Assembly (NCBI GenBank): GCA_944393385.1
Contig: CALYAA010000004.1
Location: 9,401 to 73,400 of the forward strand
Length of the DNA: 64,000 bases
Source of the DNA: an uncultured Clostridia bacterium
GTDB lineage: Bacteria > Bacillota > Clostridia > TANB77 > CAG-508
Direction of reading: 5' to 3'
Of this stretch, positions 1-11,078 are shown piece by piece (within the stretch, counting starts at the first letter, position 1; the number at the start of each line of letters is the position of its first letter). The notes under the pieces were generated by a model, which ran no database searches, was not told the DNA's origin, and saw nothing but the letters and a program-made list of their open reading frames with translations. The position numbers and the translations under genes were made by a program.

Positions 1-462
1 TAAATCTATTTCTTCATGTGCTACATTCAAGTCTCCACACATTATTACAGGTTTTGTTTTATTCAAATTTAGTAAATATTTTCTTATTTCATCTTCCCAA
101 ATCATTCTATAATCTAGTCTTTCTAATTCTCTTTTTGCATTTGGTGTATAATTTGTTACTAAATAAAAGTTTTCAAATTCTAAAGTAATTATTCTTCCTT
201 CTTTATCATGCTCTTCTTTCCCTATACCATATGTTACATTTAATGGTTTCTTTTTTGTAAATACTGCTGTTCCTGAATATCCTTTCTTTTCTGCACTATT
301 CCAGTAACTTGTATATCCTTCTATTTCTAATTCAACTTGTCCTTGCTGACATTTGGTTTCTTGTAAACAAAAAATGTCGGCATTTGCCTCTTTAAAAAAA
401 TCTAAAAAACCTTTTTTTAAACAAGCTCTTATTCCATTTACATTCCATGATATAAGTTTCAT
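1..462 (-). CDS. xth: Exodeoxyribonuclease III (AP endonuclease), 3' part runs off the window
   Basis: Manual translation from ATG at 462: MKLISWNVNGIRAC...DIFCLQETK...KKGYSGTAVF...EGRIITLEF...YTPNAKRELERL...CGDLNVAH, classic ExoIII motifs; AAGGAAGG RBS upstream. Confidence 0.93.
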   Translation of the reverse strand, partial: MKLISWNVNGIRACLKKGFLDFFKEANADIFCLQETKCQQGQVELEIEGYTSYWNSAEKKGYSGTAVFTKKKPLNVTYGIGKEEHDKEGRIITLEFENFYLVTNYTPNAKRELERLDYRMIWEDEIRKYLLNLNKTKPVIMCGDLNVAHEEIDL

Positions 463-589
463 AATTTGCTTTCCTTCCTTAATCTATTGTAAATATTTTA
501 TAACTACATATTTATTATAACACATTTTTCCTTAAATTGTAAAGTTTTAAGGAAACATTAAGAAAGATTAATCATTGCAAAATACTACA

Positions 590-623
590 AAAAAATAGTA
601 AGAGACTTTTCTTACTATTTTTT
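590..623 (-). terminator. Intrinsic terminator after tsf
   Basis: Hairpin AAAAAATAGTAAGA..TCTTACTATTTTTT just after the tsf stop. Confidence 0.75.
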
Positions 624-629
624 CAATAT

Positions 630-1505
630 CTATTTAAGTTGTTTCATAACTTCTTCTGCAAAGTTTTCTTCTTTTTTCTCAATTCCTTCTCCTGTTTCAA
701 ATCTTGCAAATTCTACAACTTTTGCATCTTTTAATATATTAGATACTTTTTGGCTTGGATCTTTAACAAATTCTTGGTCAACTAAGCAAATTTCTTCATA
801 GAATTTATTAATTCTTCCCATAACTATTTTTTCTGCAATTGCTTCTGGTTTTCCTTCATTCATTGTTTGTGCTTTTAAAATTTCTTTTTCTTTTTCTAAT
901 CTTTCAGCAGGAACTTGTTCTCTACTTACAAATTCAGGTCTTGCAGCAGCTATTTGCATACATACATCTTTAGCAAGTTCTTTGCTTCCTGATGTCATAT
1001 TTACTAATACTGCAATTTTTCCATCTCCATGGATGTATTTTTCAATTAATCCATCTGTTGTTTCAAATCTTGCAAATCTTCTGATTGAAATATTTTCTCC
1101 AATTGTTGCAATTTTTCCAATTAATGCTTCATTTACTGTTTTTCCTTCTTCAAATATTGCTGGTTCTTGAAGTAAATCTTCAACTGTTTTTGGATTATTT
1201 TTTACTACTTGTTTTGCTATATCCATTACAAATGTTCTAAATTCTTGATTTTTAGCTACGAAGTCTGTTTCAGAATTTACTTCTACTATAGCTCCAACTT
1301 TTCCATCTTCTGAAATATATGCTTCTACCATACCTTCAGCAGCTACTCTTCCAGATTTTTTAGCAGCTTTTGCTATTCCTCTTTCACGTAAAAGTTCTGA
1401 TGCTTTTTCTAAGTCTCCATCTGTTTCTGATAAAACTTTTTTGCAGTCCATCATTCCTGCACCTGTTCTTTCTCTTAGTTCTTTAACTAATGCAGCTGTA
1501 ACCAT
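630..1505 (-). CDS. tsf: Elongation factor Ts
   Basis: [27 protein letters not shown] motifs; follows rpsB. Confidence 0.99.
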   Translation of the reverse strand: MVTAALVKELRERTGAGMMDCKKVLSETDGDLEKASELLRERGIAKAAKKSGRVAAEGMVEAYISEDGKVGAIVEVNSETDFVAKNQEFRTFVMDIAKQVVKNNPKTVEDLLQEPAIFEEGKTVNEALIGKIATIGENISIRRFARFETTDGLIEKYIHGDGKIAVLVNMTSGSKELAKDVCMQIAAARPEFVSREQVPAERLEKEKEILKAQTMNEGKPEAIAEKIVMGRINKFYEEICLVDQEFVKDPSQKVSNILKDAKVVEFARFETGEGIEKKEENFAEEVMKQLK

Positions 1506-1624
1506 TTAAAATTCCTCCTTTTATATTTTTGTTAATCTGTTTTTACAGATTATTTTTTATTAAAATAGAGTAGAGCAGTTAAAGCCCTACTCTTATTTAG
1601 TGGTAAATCCACATTTTTATAAAA

Positions 1625-2407
1625 TTATTCTTCAACTTTTTCTTCAGATTCTGCTACAACTTGTTCCATTGATGTTGGTTCTTCTGTTGGTTGTTGTTCT
1701 TCAGATTCTGCTGTTTCAAAGCTTTCTCCTTGTTTTCCTTCGATTATTGCGTTTGCCATAACATCTGCTATTAAACTTACAGATCTTATTGCATCATCAT
1801 TTCCTGGAATTGGATAATCTAATTCTTGTGGGTTGCAGTTTGTATCTACAATTCCTACAACTGGAATGTTTAATTTTTTAGCTTCTAATATTGCTATTCT
1901 TTCTTTTTTAGGATCTACTAAGAATATAACTCCTGGTAGTTTGTCCATTTCTTTGATTCCACCAAGATTTTTTTCTAGTTTTTCCATTTCTTTCTTTAAT
2001 AAGATTACTTCTTTTTTTGGTAATACATCAAATGTACCATCTTGTTCCATTTTTTCAAGATCTTTTAATCTTTGAATTCTTTTTTGGATTGTGTCAAAGT
2101 TTGTTAGCATTCCTCCTAACCATCTTTGATTTACATAGTACATTCCACTCTTTTCTGCTGCTTCTTTCATGCAATCTTGAGCTTGTTTTTTTGTTCCAAC
2201 AAATAGAACTGTTTTTCCTTCTTCTACTTGTTCTTTGATGAATTCATATGCTTCATCAATTTTCTTTGAAGCTTTTTGTAAGTCGATGATATGGATTCCA
2301 TTTCTAGCTTGGAATATATATTCAGCCATTCTTGGGTCCCATCTTCTTGTTTGATGTCCAAAATGAACACCAGCTTCTAGTAATTGTTTCATTGCAACTA
2401 CTGACAT
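1625..2407 (-). CDS. rpsB: 30S ribosomal protein S2
   Basis: [29 protein letters not shown]. Confidence 0.99.
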   Translation of the reverse strand: MSVVAMKQLLEAGVHFGHQTRRWDPRMAEYIFQARNGIHIIDLQKASKKIDEAYEFIKEQVEEGKTVLFVGTKKQAQDCMKEAAEKSGMYYVNQRWLGGMLTNFDTIQKRIQRLKDLEKMEQDGTFDVLPKKEVILLKKEMEKLEKNLGGIKEMDKLPGVIFLVDPKKERIAILEAKKLNIPVVGIVDTNCNPQELDYPIPGNDDAIRSVSLIADVMANAIIEGKQGESFETAESEEQQPTEEPTSMEQVVAESEEKVEE

Positions 2408-2512
2408 TTTAAATTCCTCCCTTTTTTGTTTTTTCTTCCATAAAGTCTCATCATTTACTCGGACCTTATTTTCAAAGGCACTCCCCCATAAACTACTCTT
2501 TATGTGTTTTTT
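2408..2512 (-). promoter_or_regulatory. Probable S2 autoregulatory 5' leader of rpsB-tsf
   Basis: About 100-nt leader ACACATAAAG...GAGTGCC...CTTTATGGAAG with CATAAAG/CTTTATG pairing, between promoter and RBS. Confidence 0.6.
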
Positions 2513-2521
2513 ACGTACAAT

Positions 2522-2549
2522 ATTATATCACTTTTTTTTGATAAGTCAA
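2522..2549 (-). promoter_or_regulatory. sigmaA promoter of rpsB
   Basis: TTGACT-16nt-TATAAT with TGn extended -10 on the minus strand. Confidence 0.75.
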
Positions 2550-2789
2550 TACTTTCAAGGAGAAAATTATTATTAGTAATTAATTATTGTTAATTTAAAA
2601 TAATGAACAAAATAATTAAATTTAGTTATAAATTTATAATACCAAAAAAAATCATTATATTATATAGTATACTTTATTTTTTTATTATATTCATTTTTAT
2701 TTTATTGTTTTATATTTATTAACTTATTTATTTTACATTTATTTATTATTTCTTTTTATTTCTATATAAGACTTAAAGAGAATATTATA

Positions 2790-4915
2790 ATACAGCAAGG
2801 GAAAAATTTTTATCAAAACATAATTCAACATCCCATAATTTTTTTGACTTGATTTATTTTTTAAACTCTTTACCTGCCTAACATTTCATCTTCCTTTTTA
2901 AAATCAAAAAGAATATGTTGTTTACATCTTTTTCCATATGTGAAGTGTTTTTTATTATATTACTTTTTAATATTAAATTTTTTTACTTTAGTTTGTATAT
3001 ACTAATAATTTATGTTCTTTTTTATTTTTAATTATTTATTTCACAATATTAATTTCTTATTTTAAAATTTCATTAAAAATTATTAATTTAATATAAATAA
3101 TTTTAAATATTATCTAAATTATTATTTTTTATTAAAGTATTTTTTATAAATTTAATTTTTATTTTTGTTTTTTTATAATATATATTTTTTGTTTTTATTA
3201 TTTTTCATTTTATTATTTATTCTTTATATTTAATTTTTTATTAATTATTTTTAAATTAATTATAATATGTTTTTTATTTAGGTTTTTTTATTTTTATTTT
3301 ATATTATTTGTTTTTTGTTTTTATTTTTAATAATTTAATATTTTTTTATTAAATATTAAATTTATTATTTTTTATTTTATATTTTTCTATTTAATTATTT
3401 ATTTTTAATTATTATTAAAATAATTTTAATTAACATCTTTATATTAATTAAAAATTAGAATGTGTTAATTTTATAAAAAATATAAAATTAATATTAAATA
3501 TTAACATTTTTTATTATTTAATTTTATTTATAAAACAAACTCGAAGATGATATTGTATTCCAGCAAGAAAACATTTTTCTGTCTAATCGCATTTTAATTC
3601 TTTATTACTTTTTTCTATGTTTCACTTTTTAAACCTTTTACCTGCCTAGTATTTCGTCATTCCCTTTAAAGTCAAAAAGAATATGTTGTTTACATCTTTT
3701 TCCATATGTGGTACATTTTTTATTATATTACTTTTTAATATTAAATTTTTTCTTTGGTTTGTATATAATAATAATTTATTTACTTTTGTTATTTTTTTAA
3801 TTTTTAATAATTTATTTCACAATATTAATTTATTATTTTAAAGTTTCATTAAAAATTATTAATTTAATATAAATAATTTTTAATATTATCTTAATTATTA
3901 TTTTTTTATTAAAGTATTTTTTATAAATTTAATTTTTATTTTTGTTTTTTTATAATATATATTTTTTATTTTTATTATTTTTCATTTTATTATTTATATT
4001 TAATTTTTTATTAATTATTTTTAAATTAATTATAATATGTTTTTTATTTAAGTTTTTTTATTTTTATTTTTAATAATTTAATATTTTTTATTTAATATTT
4101 AATTTATTATTTATTTTACATTTATAATTTTTTATTTTATATTTATTAATTTTTTATTTTATATTTTTATGTTTAATTATTTATTTTCATTTGTTAATTA
4201 AAATAATTTTAATTAATATCTTTACATTAATTTAGTATAAGAATGTTTTAATTTTATAAAAAATATAAAATCAATATTAAATATTAACATTTATTTATTA
4301 TTTAAGTTTTTTTATAAAACAAACTCGAAAATAACCTTGTATTCCAGCAAGAAAACATTTTTCTGTCTAATCGCATTTTAATTCTTTATTACTTTTTTCT
4401 ATGTTTCACTTTTTAAACCTTTTACCTGCCTAGTATTTCGTCATTTCTTTTAAAGTCAAAAACAATGTATCGTTTACATCTTTTTCCATATGTGGTACAT
4501 TTTTAATTGTATTACTTTTAAATATTAAATTTTTTCTTTAGTTTGTATATAATAATAATTTATTTACTTTTATTATTTTTTTAATTTTTAATTATTTATT
4601 TTATAATATTAATTTATTTTTTTAGTTTCAATAATTATTATTTATTTAATATACTAATTTTAAATTTAACATTAGTTATTATTTTTTATTAAAATATTTT
4701 TTAAATTTTAATTTTTATTTTTGCTTTTTATATTATATATTTTATATTATTATTTTTTGTGATTTAATTTTTCTATTTTTTTATTTAATTTGTTTTTATT
4801 AATTAAATTGTTTATTTAAATAATTTTTATTTTATTTTTTTAAATTTATAATTTTATTTAATTTATTATATTTTAATTTATTTAAATTATACTTTTTAAT
4901 TCTTATTTTTTACAT
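2790..4915. repeat. Three degenerate tandem units (~770-785 bp period) in an extremely AT-rich non-coding region
   Basis: Anchor TACCTGCCTA at 2871, 3639, 4423; TTTACATCTTTTTCCATATGTG in all three; AAACTCGAA...TATTCCAGCAAGAAAACATTTTTCTGTCTAATCGC at ~3537 and ~4321; AT spacers also alignable. Confidence 0.92.
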
Positions 4916-4982
4916 TATAAAAACCCTCCATGTTTTAGATAACATTTTGGGTTTTATTTTTTGTTAACTTCAAAATACTTTT

Positions 4983-5903
4983 TTACTCTACACATTTTTC
5001 TAATAATTTTATTTTTATTTTTTCACTTGTATTTATTTTTGCATTTATTCCTATCGGAATTACTGTTTTATTTTCTATATGTCCAAAATTTTCAGATTTT
5101 ATTATTGGTCCTTTGAATTCATCACCTATAATGTCAGTCAATATTTTTTCTAATGTTATTCCACTTTCATGTGTATAATTTCCAAGCCAAATTCCTTTTA
5201 TTTTTTTAAATACTTCATTTTGTTTCATATAATATAGATAATTACTTACTAAAGTTGGTCCTGTTTCGAATCCTAATTCTTCTAGAAATAGTATCTTATC
5301 TGTAAAGTCTATATTATACTTTCCTGCTACCATTGCTCTTATTAAGCTTAAATTTCCACCTATTAGTTTTCCTTCTACCGTTCCTTCTTTTATTATTTTA
5401 TATCCTTCTAAAGTATTTCCAAATTCTAAACTACCATTTACAAATCTGTTTAAAGCTTCATTTAAGCTGTATTCTGTTTCATCTGTTGCTATTGTTTTAA
5501 AGTTTGTACCACTAAATGTTACTAGTCCTGTTTTTTCAGTAATTATATTTGTTATTGATGTTATATCACTATAACCACATATTATTTTAGGATTTTGTTT
5601 TATTAATTCAAAATCTAAATATTCAAATGTTGAATTGCTATTTTCTCCACCTTTTGCACACCATATCATTTTTACTTCTTTATCTGCAAACATTTCATTT
5701 ATGTCTTCTGCTTTTTCTTTTGCTGTTGCACTGTATTCATTTGTATTTGAAAATAAATTTTTTGAAAATTTTACTCTAAAACCTAGATTTTCTATTATAT
5801 TTTTTGCTTTATTAATTTCTTCAATATTTTCTCCTATTATTGGGTTTGATGGTGCTACGACTCCTATTGTATCACCTTTTTTTAATTTTTTTGGAATTAT
5901 CAT
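4983..5903 (-). CDS. S66 family LD-carboxypeptidase (LdcA/MccF-like)
   Basis: PKKLKKGDTIGVVAPS, GYSDIT, LIGGNL, LFLEE, FGH motifs. Confidence 0.92.
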   Translation of the reverse strand: MIIPKKLKKGDTIGVVAPSNPIIGENIEEINKAKNIIENLGFRVKFSKNLFSNTNEYSATAKEKAEDINEMFADKEVKMIWCAKGGENSNSTFEYLDFELIKQNPKIICGYSDITSITNIITEKTGLVTFSGTNFKTIATDETEYSLNEALNRFVNGSLEFGNTLEGYKIIKEGTVEGKLIGGNLSLIRAMVAGKYNIDFTDKILFLEELGFETGPTLVSNYLYYMKQNEVFKKIKGIWLGNYTHESGITLEKILTDIIGDEFKGPIIKSENFGHIENKTVIPIGINAKINTSEKIKIKLLEKCVE

Positions 5904-6171
5904 AATACATCCCCTTTCTATTTTTTATATTGTATCATAATGTACTATTTTACGTCAATTATAATAAATAATTTCAAACAGCTACTTTAATATACTAAGT
6001 ATATTTATTATAAAATTAAAATTGAAGTAAATATATATATATATCAAAAGTAAAAAAAGTCAAAAAAAGTTAATTGATTTTATAAAAACTAATATGGTAT
6101 TCTTAAAAAAGATAGGTGAAATTCACCTGTTTATATAGGGGATTTTGACTAACAATTGGAGGTTCGACAAG

Positions 6172-6672
6172 ATGAGAAAAAATTTCTTTAAACAAATTGG
6201 TACGGGTTTTATCTGTGCCATTATGTTGATGGTATTGTCAATTTCTGCATTTGCTACAAATGCAATGCAGGAAAACTATGATGTAACAACAGATAAGGGA
6301 ACTGTGTTGGCAGAATATACCTTTAATGTTGATACAAATGGTTCTGCAAGTACACTGGGAGATTATTATGATAACGACCCTGTGATAACAGATGTTCCTT
6401 CTTTCAAGACAGGATATCTTTATCCTAATCTAAGCAAATATTTTGGATTGACAAAAGCATTTCATGTTTCTACATCTTCTGATCAATCTAGTGGCGGAAT
6501 TTTCCTGTATTTATACAATCCAGATGGAGATTTAGTTTCTGATGATTGGAGCATGGGAGTAAATGATTATGCTTATTGGACTTTGTTCTTACCTTCTTCT
6601 GGAACTTATACTTTGAAGATTGTAAACATGTCCGATGAAACTGTCAATGTAGCTGCTTTTTGGGAAGGATAA
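6172..6672 (+). CDS. Secreted hypothetical protein with signal peptide and probable PPC-like beta-sandwich C-terminus
   Basis: GGAGG RBS at 6158 before ATG 6172; signal peptide ending AFA; LYLYNPDGDLV...LPSSGTYTLKIVN. Confidence 0.75.
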   Translation: MRKNFFKQIGTGFICAIMLMVLSISAFATNAMQENYDVTTDKGTVLAEYTFNVDTNGSASTLGDYYDNDPVITDVPSFKTGYLYPNLSKYFGLTKAFHVSTSSDQSSGGIFLYLYNPDGDLVSDDWSMGVNDYAYWTLFLPSSGTYTLKIVNMSDETVNVAAFWEG

Positions 6673-6728
6673 TGTAAAAACATTTAATACAAAAAAGTAA
6701 GTTACCATTAAACAAATCCCCTATAGGT

Positions 6729-6758
6729 GAGAACATAGTAATTATGTTCTCATTTTTA
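6729..6758 (+). terminator. Intrinsic terminator
   Basis: GAGAACATA-gtaat-TATGTTCTC followed by a T run. Confidence 0.7.
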
Positions 6759-7056
6759 ATTGAAAATTAAAAATATGTATGATAATATAATTATAAAAAA
6801 AAGAAAATAATAATTGTCTTCTTTAGCATTTTCTCTGTTTATAATATTTCGAGGTCACATAATTGTTCATATGCCAATTTTATTTAGGTAAAATTGTGTG
6901 CATATATTAAGGCAAATAGCTTATATTTAATAGGAAAATCTAATTTTCTTTTGAAAATAAAATTATTATTTCACTTTGAATTGTGAAATTAAAAATTTTC
7001 ATATTATTTTCTACTAAAATAAATAGATTAAACCATTGAAAAGGAATGTGATTAAA

Positions 7057-8529
7057 ATGAAATTAGTAAAAAATGAACTAATAAAAATATTTAAAAGAAA
7101 AAGTATATATGTATTATTATTAATTTCTATTATTATTGTTATTATTTATAATTATAATAATCCAGATCAAAATAAAAGTAGTATAAATTTAGGAACAAAA
7201 ACAATAAACATACAAGATATAGAAGAACAACTTGATTCATTTAAAAATAATATAGAATTATACATTACAAAAAAAGTAACAATTGAATTTTATAAAATAT
7301 ATAATAAATATGAAGAAAATTCATGGCAAAGATTTGCACTTAATGAAGATAGTGCATCATATGCTTTTGATGAATTGCAATATAATCATAATATAGAAAA
7401 AAATTTAAAGTTGATTTATGATTATGAATTAAATACTAGTACAGAAGTAACTATAAGCATTTATGAAAAAGCAAAAGAATATTTAAAAAAATACATTGAA
7501 GCATTAGACTCAAACGATTGGAAAAAATTTGTTGAATTAAAAATTCAAAACTTAGAAGAAATAAAAAATAATTTTAAATTAGAAAATACTGAAATATCAA
7601 ATATTAATATAGAAATAGAAGCAAATAAGCTAAGAATAAATAATAATATAATATTTGCAGATAATATTTTAAATTATTATTTAGAAGGATATAAAATGAC
7701 TTGTTATCAAATAGAAAACTCACCTAAGTATATTGATTCACAAGATAAACAACTTATAGAAAAAAGAGAATTATTAAAATATGCTATAAATAACAATATA
7801 ACTCAAGATATTTCTCAAGAAAACTTTAATGTAATTTTTGAAAATAAAATTGATGCAAGAATTTCTTTAATAAGAACATTTAGACATTTTGATATTATTT
7901 TAGTAATTACTATATTATATATATCATGTACAATAATAGTTGATGAAATAAATAAAGGAACTATAAAAGGATTATTAACAAAACCACATAAAAGATCGGA
8001 AATTATTATTTCTAAAATATTAGCATGTTTAATAACAATAATAGTGTTTATGATTTTTATTTTAATTACTCAATTTATCGTAGGTGGAATAATATTTGGA
8101 TTTGATAGTTATAATTTAAAATATATAGGTTATAATCACTATAGCAATAAAATAATAACCATGAATCTAATTTCATATGTTACATTAGTGGGTTTAGCAA
8201 AATTACCAATGTATATGATAATAAGCTTATTTGCAACATTTTTGAGTATAATCATTAATAATATTTCAATTACATTTATATTAACTTTAATTATATTTAT
8301 TGTTGGAAATTCTGCACTTAGTGAATGGTCAAAACTTGATTCTCTTGCAACAGTTACAAGATTTTTTATTACTAATAACTGGGACTTTAGTCAATATTTA
8401 TTTGGACAAGTCTCTGATGTAAATGGAGTAACTTTACCATTTTCAATTATTATTTATATAATTTATTCTGTAATAATCTTTGTTAGTGCAATAAAAATAT
8501 TTAATAGAAAAGACGTAAAAAATATTTAA
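7057..8529 (+). CDS. ABC-2 type transporter permease with large extracellular loop
   Basis: NELIKIFKRK N-terminus, DEINKGTIKGLLTKPHKRSEIIISK, FNRKDV C-terminus, several TM helices. Confidence 0.88.
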   Translation: MKLVKNELIKIFKRKSIYVLLLISIIIVIIYNYNNPDQNKSSINLGTKTINIQDIEEQLDSFKNNIELYITKKVTIEFYKIYNKYEENSWQRFALNEDSASYAFDELQYNHNIEKNLKLIYDYELNTSTEVTISIYEKAKEYLKKYIEALDSNDWKKFVELKIQNLEEIKNNFKLENTEISNINIEIEANKLRINNNIIFADNILNYYLEGYKMTCYQIENSPKYIDSQDKQLIEKRELLKYAINNNITQDISQENFNVIFENKIDARISLIRTFRHFDIILVITILYISCTIIVDEINKGTIKGLLTKPHKRSEIIISKILACLITIIVFMIFILITQFIVGGIIFGFDSYNLKYIGYNHYSNKIITMNLISYVTLVGLAKLPMYMIISLFATFLSIIINNISITFILTLIIFIVGNSALSEWSKLDSLATVTRFFITNNWDFSQYLFGQVSDVNGVTLPFSIIIYIIYSVIIFVSAIKIFNRKDVKNI

Positions 8530-8532
8530 AAA

Positions 8533-8581
8533 ATCCTTAGGATAACAAAAAATATATTTGAATTTTTGTTACCCTAAGGAT
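8533..8581. terminator. Bidirectional terminator between convergent genes
   Basis: ATCCTTAGGATAACAAAAA...TTTTTGTTACCCTAAGGAT inverted repeat. Confidence 0.75.
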
Positions 8582-8586
8582 AAAAT

Positions 8587-9306
8587 TTAATTATACATAA
8601 GAATCTTATTTAATATAGTACTTATTACCAATTTAGGTTTTGGTTTTATAGTTGTATATAAATTAAAATATTGTTTTAGTCGAGTTTCATCACATTCATA
8701 AAACATACACTCTGTCGCTATGCTTATATTACATTTAATATTATTTAAAGTTTTATTATACTTTTTTGCAATAATAGGATAAATATTCTTGTTCAAATTA
8801 TCTGTTATATTATTGTTATAGTATATAATAGAAATAATTTCACTTAAATATTTTGTACCTACATAAGATAAATTATAACCTATATATTCTAATTCTGTAT
8901 TAATTTTACTTATTAATACAGAATTACTTGCTTTACAATTTTTCTGAATAGCAATTTCATTTAATTTTAAAAAAATTGTAGATATATCTTCTGTATAGTT
9001 AAAATAACAATATACAAAAAAATCCGGTCTTAAATTATTACTATTATCTGATAATATAATCATTGATTTCTTATACTTTTCAAAAAAACAGTTGGAAATA
9101 CAATGTAATTTAAATAAAATTTCATCAATAATATCTTTAGTTTTTATTAAAACTAAATCAATTGTTCCCTTATTTAAAATATCTATTCCTTTAGAAAGTG
9201 TATTCACTATATAATGTAACCTTAATTGAGTGTCATTTTGAGAAATATAATTAAGTAAATCGTCAGTATGTTTAATATCATCATCTATTATTAGCAAATT
9301 CAACAT
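8587..9306 (-). CDS. Spo0A-like regulator (atypical receiver plus Spo0A C-terminal domain)
   Basis: LLIIDDD receiver start; IGYNLSYVGTKYL...IYPIIAKKYNKT...KPKPKLVISTI resembles Spo0A_C; phospho-Asp position reads DLVLIK. Confidence 0.8.
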   Translation of the reverse strand: MLNLLIIDDDIKHTDDLLNYISQNDTQLRLHYIVNTLSKGIDILNKGTIDLVLIKTKDIIDEILFKLHCISNCFFEKYKKSMIILSDNSNNLRPDFFVYCYFNYTEDISTIFLKLNEIAIQKNCKASNSVLISKINTELEYIGYNLSYVGTKYLSEIISIIYYNNNITDNLNKNIYPIIAKKYNKTLNNIKCNISIATECMFYECDETRLKQYFNLYTTIKPKPKLVISTILNKILMYN

Positions 9307-9485
9307 ATTATTATAGCCTCCAAATCTTTTTATTATTCTCTTTTAATTAATTACTAGTAAATTACTCAAAACTTAATAATACTAGTATAAATTTTTGACA
9401 CTATTTTACAATATTTTATTATTTAATGCAAAAAAGTGAAAAAAAGATAATTTTTTTACTCATTTGAAAGCAAACACAATATAAT

Positions 9486-10223
9486 CTATGTTTCTTGTTC
9501 TAGTTTTCTAAGTATTGTACTTATAACTAATTTAGGCTTTATTTTTTTATCAATATAATATCCAAAATATTTTTTTACTTTTTGTTTTTCAATAATATTT
9601 TCTACTTGTTTAGTTGCTCTAATAATATCACATTTAATTGTATTTGTTGTTGTATTATTATTTTTAGCTATTATTGGATAAATATCTCTTTCTAGCTTTA
9701 TGTTTCTTTTATTAGTTGAACTATATAATAAATAAATACAATCAGCTAAATAACTAGTTCCTAGATATTTAATATTATAACCTATATTAACCAACTCTCT
9801 ATCTATTTTTTCAATTATTTTTGAATCATTTTTTTTTGAAAAAAATTCTTTTTCTTTACTGATTTCATTAACCTGTTTTACAACCTCATCTAGTATTTGA
9901 GTTTTGTCTATATAACTATATACAAATGGATTGCCAATTATTTTTTCTAACATATTCATTTCTCCAGAAACAACTATAATAGATTGTATATATTCTTCTC
10001 TTTTATTTTTTTGTATAAAATCTAAAATTTCTATTCCATTATATTTTGGTAAATTTAAGTCTAACAAAATAATATCTATTTTTTCTTTTCCTAGTATATT
10101 TATTGCTTCTTCACCATCTGTTGCAATCATACACAATCTTAATTGTTGGTTTGATTGAACTACTTTATTAATTAATGTCTTAGCAAATATTATATTATCT
10201 TCTACAACCAACATATTTAACAT
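9486..10223 (-). CDS. Spo0A-like response regulator (receiver plus Spo0A C-terminal domain)
   Basis: LVVEDN, DIILLDLNLPKYNG, YIDK; IGYNIKYLGTSYL...IYPIIAKNNNTT...YFGY. Confidence 0.85.
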   Translation of the reverse strand: MLNMLVVEDNIIFAKTLINKVVQSNQQLRLCMIATDGEEAINILGKEKIDIILLDLNLPKYNGIEILDFIQKNKREEYIQSIIVVSGEMNMLEKIIGNPFVYSYIDKTQILDEVVKQVNEISKEKEFFSKKNDSKIIEKIDRELVNIGYNIKYLGTSYLADCIYLLYSSTNKRNIKLERDIYPIIAKNNNTTTNTIKCDIIRATKQVENIIEKQKVKKYFGYYIDKKIKPKLVISTILRKLEQET

Positions 10224-10335
10224 AATATTTCTCCTTTTAATTCATCTCTTATTTATATTATAAATTCTAATTTATTATCTAAATAAAATATTATACATTT
10301 TTTATTTCTTTTTTATTAGTTCATTTTGTACAAGC

Positions 10336-11067
10336 TTAAACAATTTTATTTTCACCTACTTTTTTTATAAATGCTTCTTCTGATGATAGTTTTTCTCCAT
10401 TTTCTGAAGTCTTAAATTCATCTATTGTCTCATCTACAATCATTTTTCCATTTTTTATTGCTATAATTCTGTTACATAAGTTATCAATTTCTGTTAAATT
10501 ATGGCTTGAAATAATAATTGCTATCCCTTGATGTGATAAATTTTTTATTAAGTTTCTTATTTCTATTATTCCTTCTACATCTAAACCATTTGTAGGCTCA
10601 TCTAATATTAATAGTTCTGGATTATTTATTATTGCTTCTGCAATTCCTAGTCTTTGTCTCATTCCTAATGAATAAGTTGATACTTTGTCTTTTATTCTAT
10701 TTTCTAATCCTACTATTTTTGCTACTTCATCTATTCTACTTTTTGTTATTCCTTTATAATTGTTAGCTGTTATTTTTAAATTATCATATCCTGATAAATA
10801 CATATATGCATCTGGATTTTCTACTATTGCTCCAACTTTTTCTATAGCTTTTACAAAATCTTTTTTTATATCATATCCATTTATAGTTACTTTTCCTTCT
10901 GTTAAGTTTATTAAACCTAAAATAGATTTTATTATTGTTGTTTTTCCAGCTCCATTTGGTCCTATTAATCCAACAACTTCTCCCTTATCTACTGAAAATG
11001 AAATATTTTCTATAATTACTTTTCTTTTTACTTGCTTTTTTAAATTTTCACATACTAAAATTTTCAT
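10336..11067 (-). CDS. ABC transporter ATP-binding protein (BcrA/YhcH-like)
   Basis: GPNGAGKTT, YSLGMRQRLG, LILDEPTNGLD, SSH. Confidence 0.95.
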   Translation of the reverse strand: MKILVCENLKKQVKRKVIIENISFSVDKGEVVGLIGPNGAGKTTIIKSILGLINLTEGKVTINGYDIKKDFVKAIEKVGAIVENPDAYMYLSGYDNLKITANNYKGITKSRIDEVAKIVGLENRIKDKVSTYSLGMRQRLGIAEAIINNPELLILDEPTNGLDVEGIIEIRNLIKNLSHQGIAIIISSHNLTEIDNLCNRIIAIKNGKMIVDETIDEFKTSENGEKLSSEEAFIKKVGENKIV

Positions 11068-11078
11068 TATTTACACCC

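Noticed and set aside
2560-4980. AT-rich region as oriC
   Set aside because: No TTATCCACA DnaA-box cluster seen, no dnaA/dnaN, and no switch in gene orientation across it
8587-10223. Calling either regulator spo0A
   Set aside because: The SRVERAIR helix and KPTNSEFI motif are not conserved, and spoIVB is not adjacent
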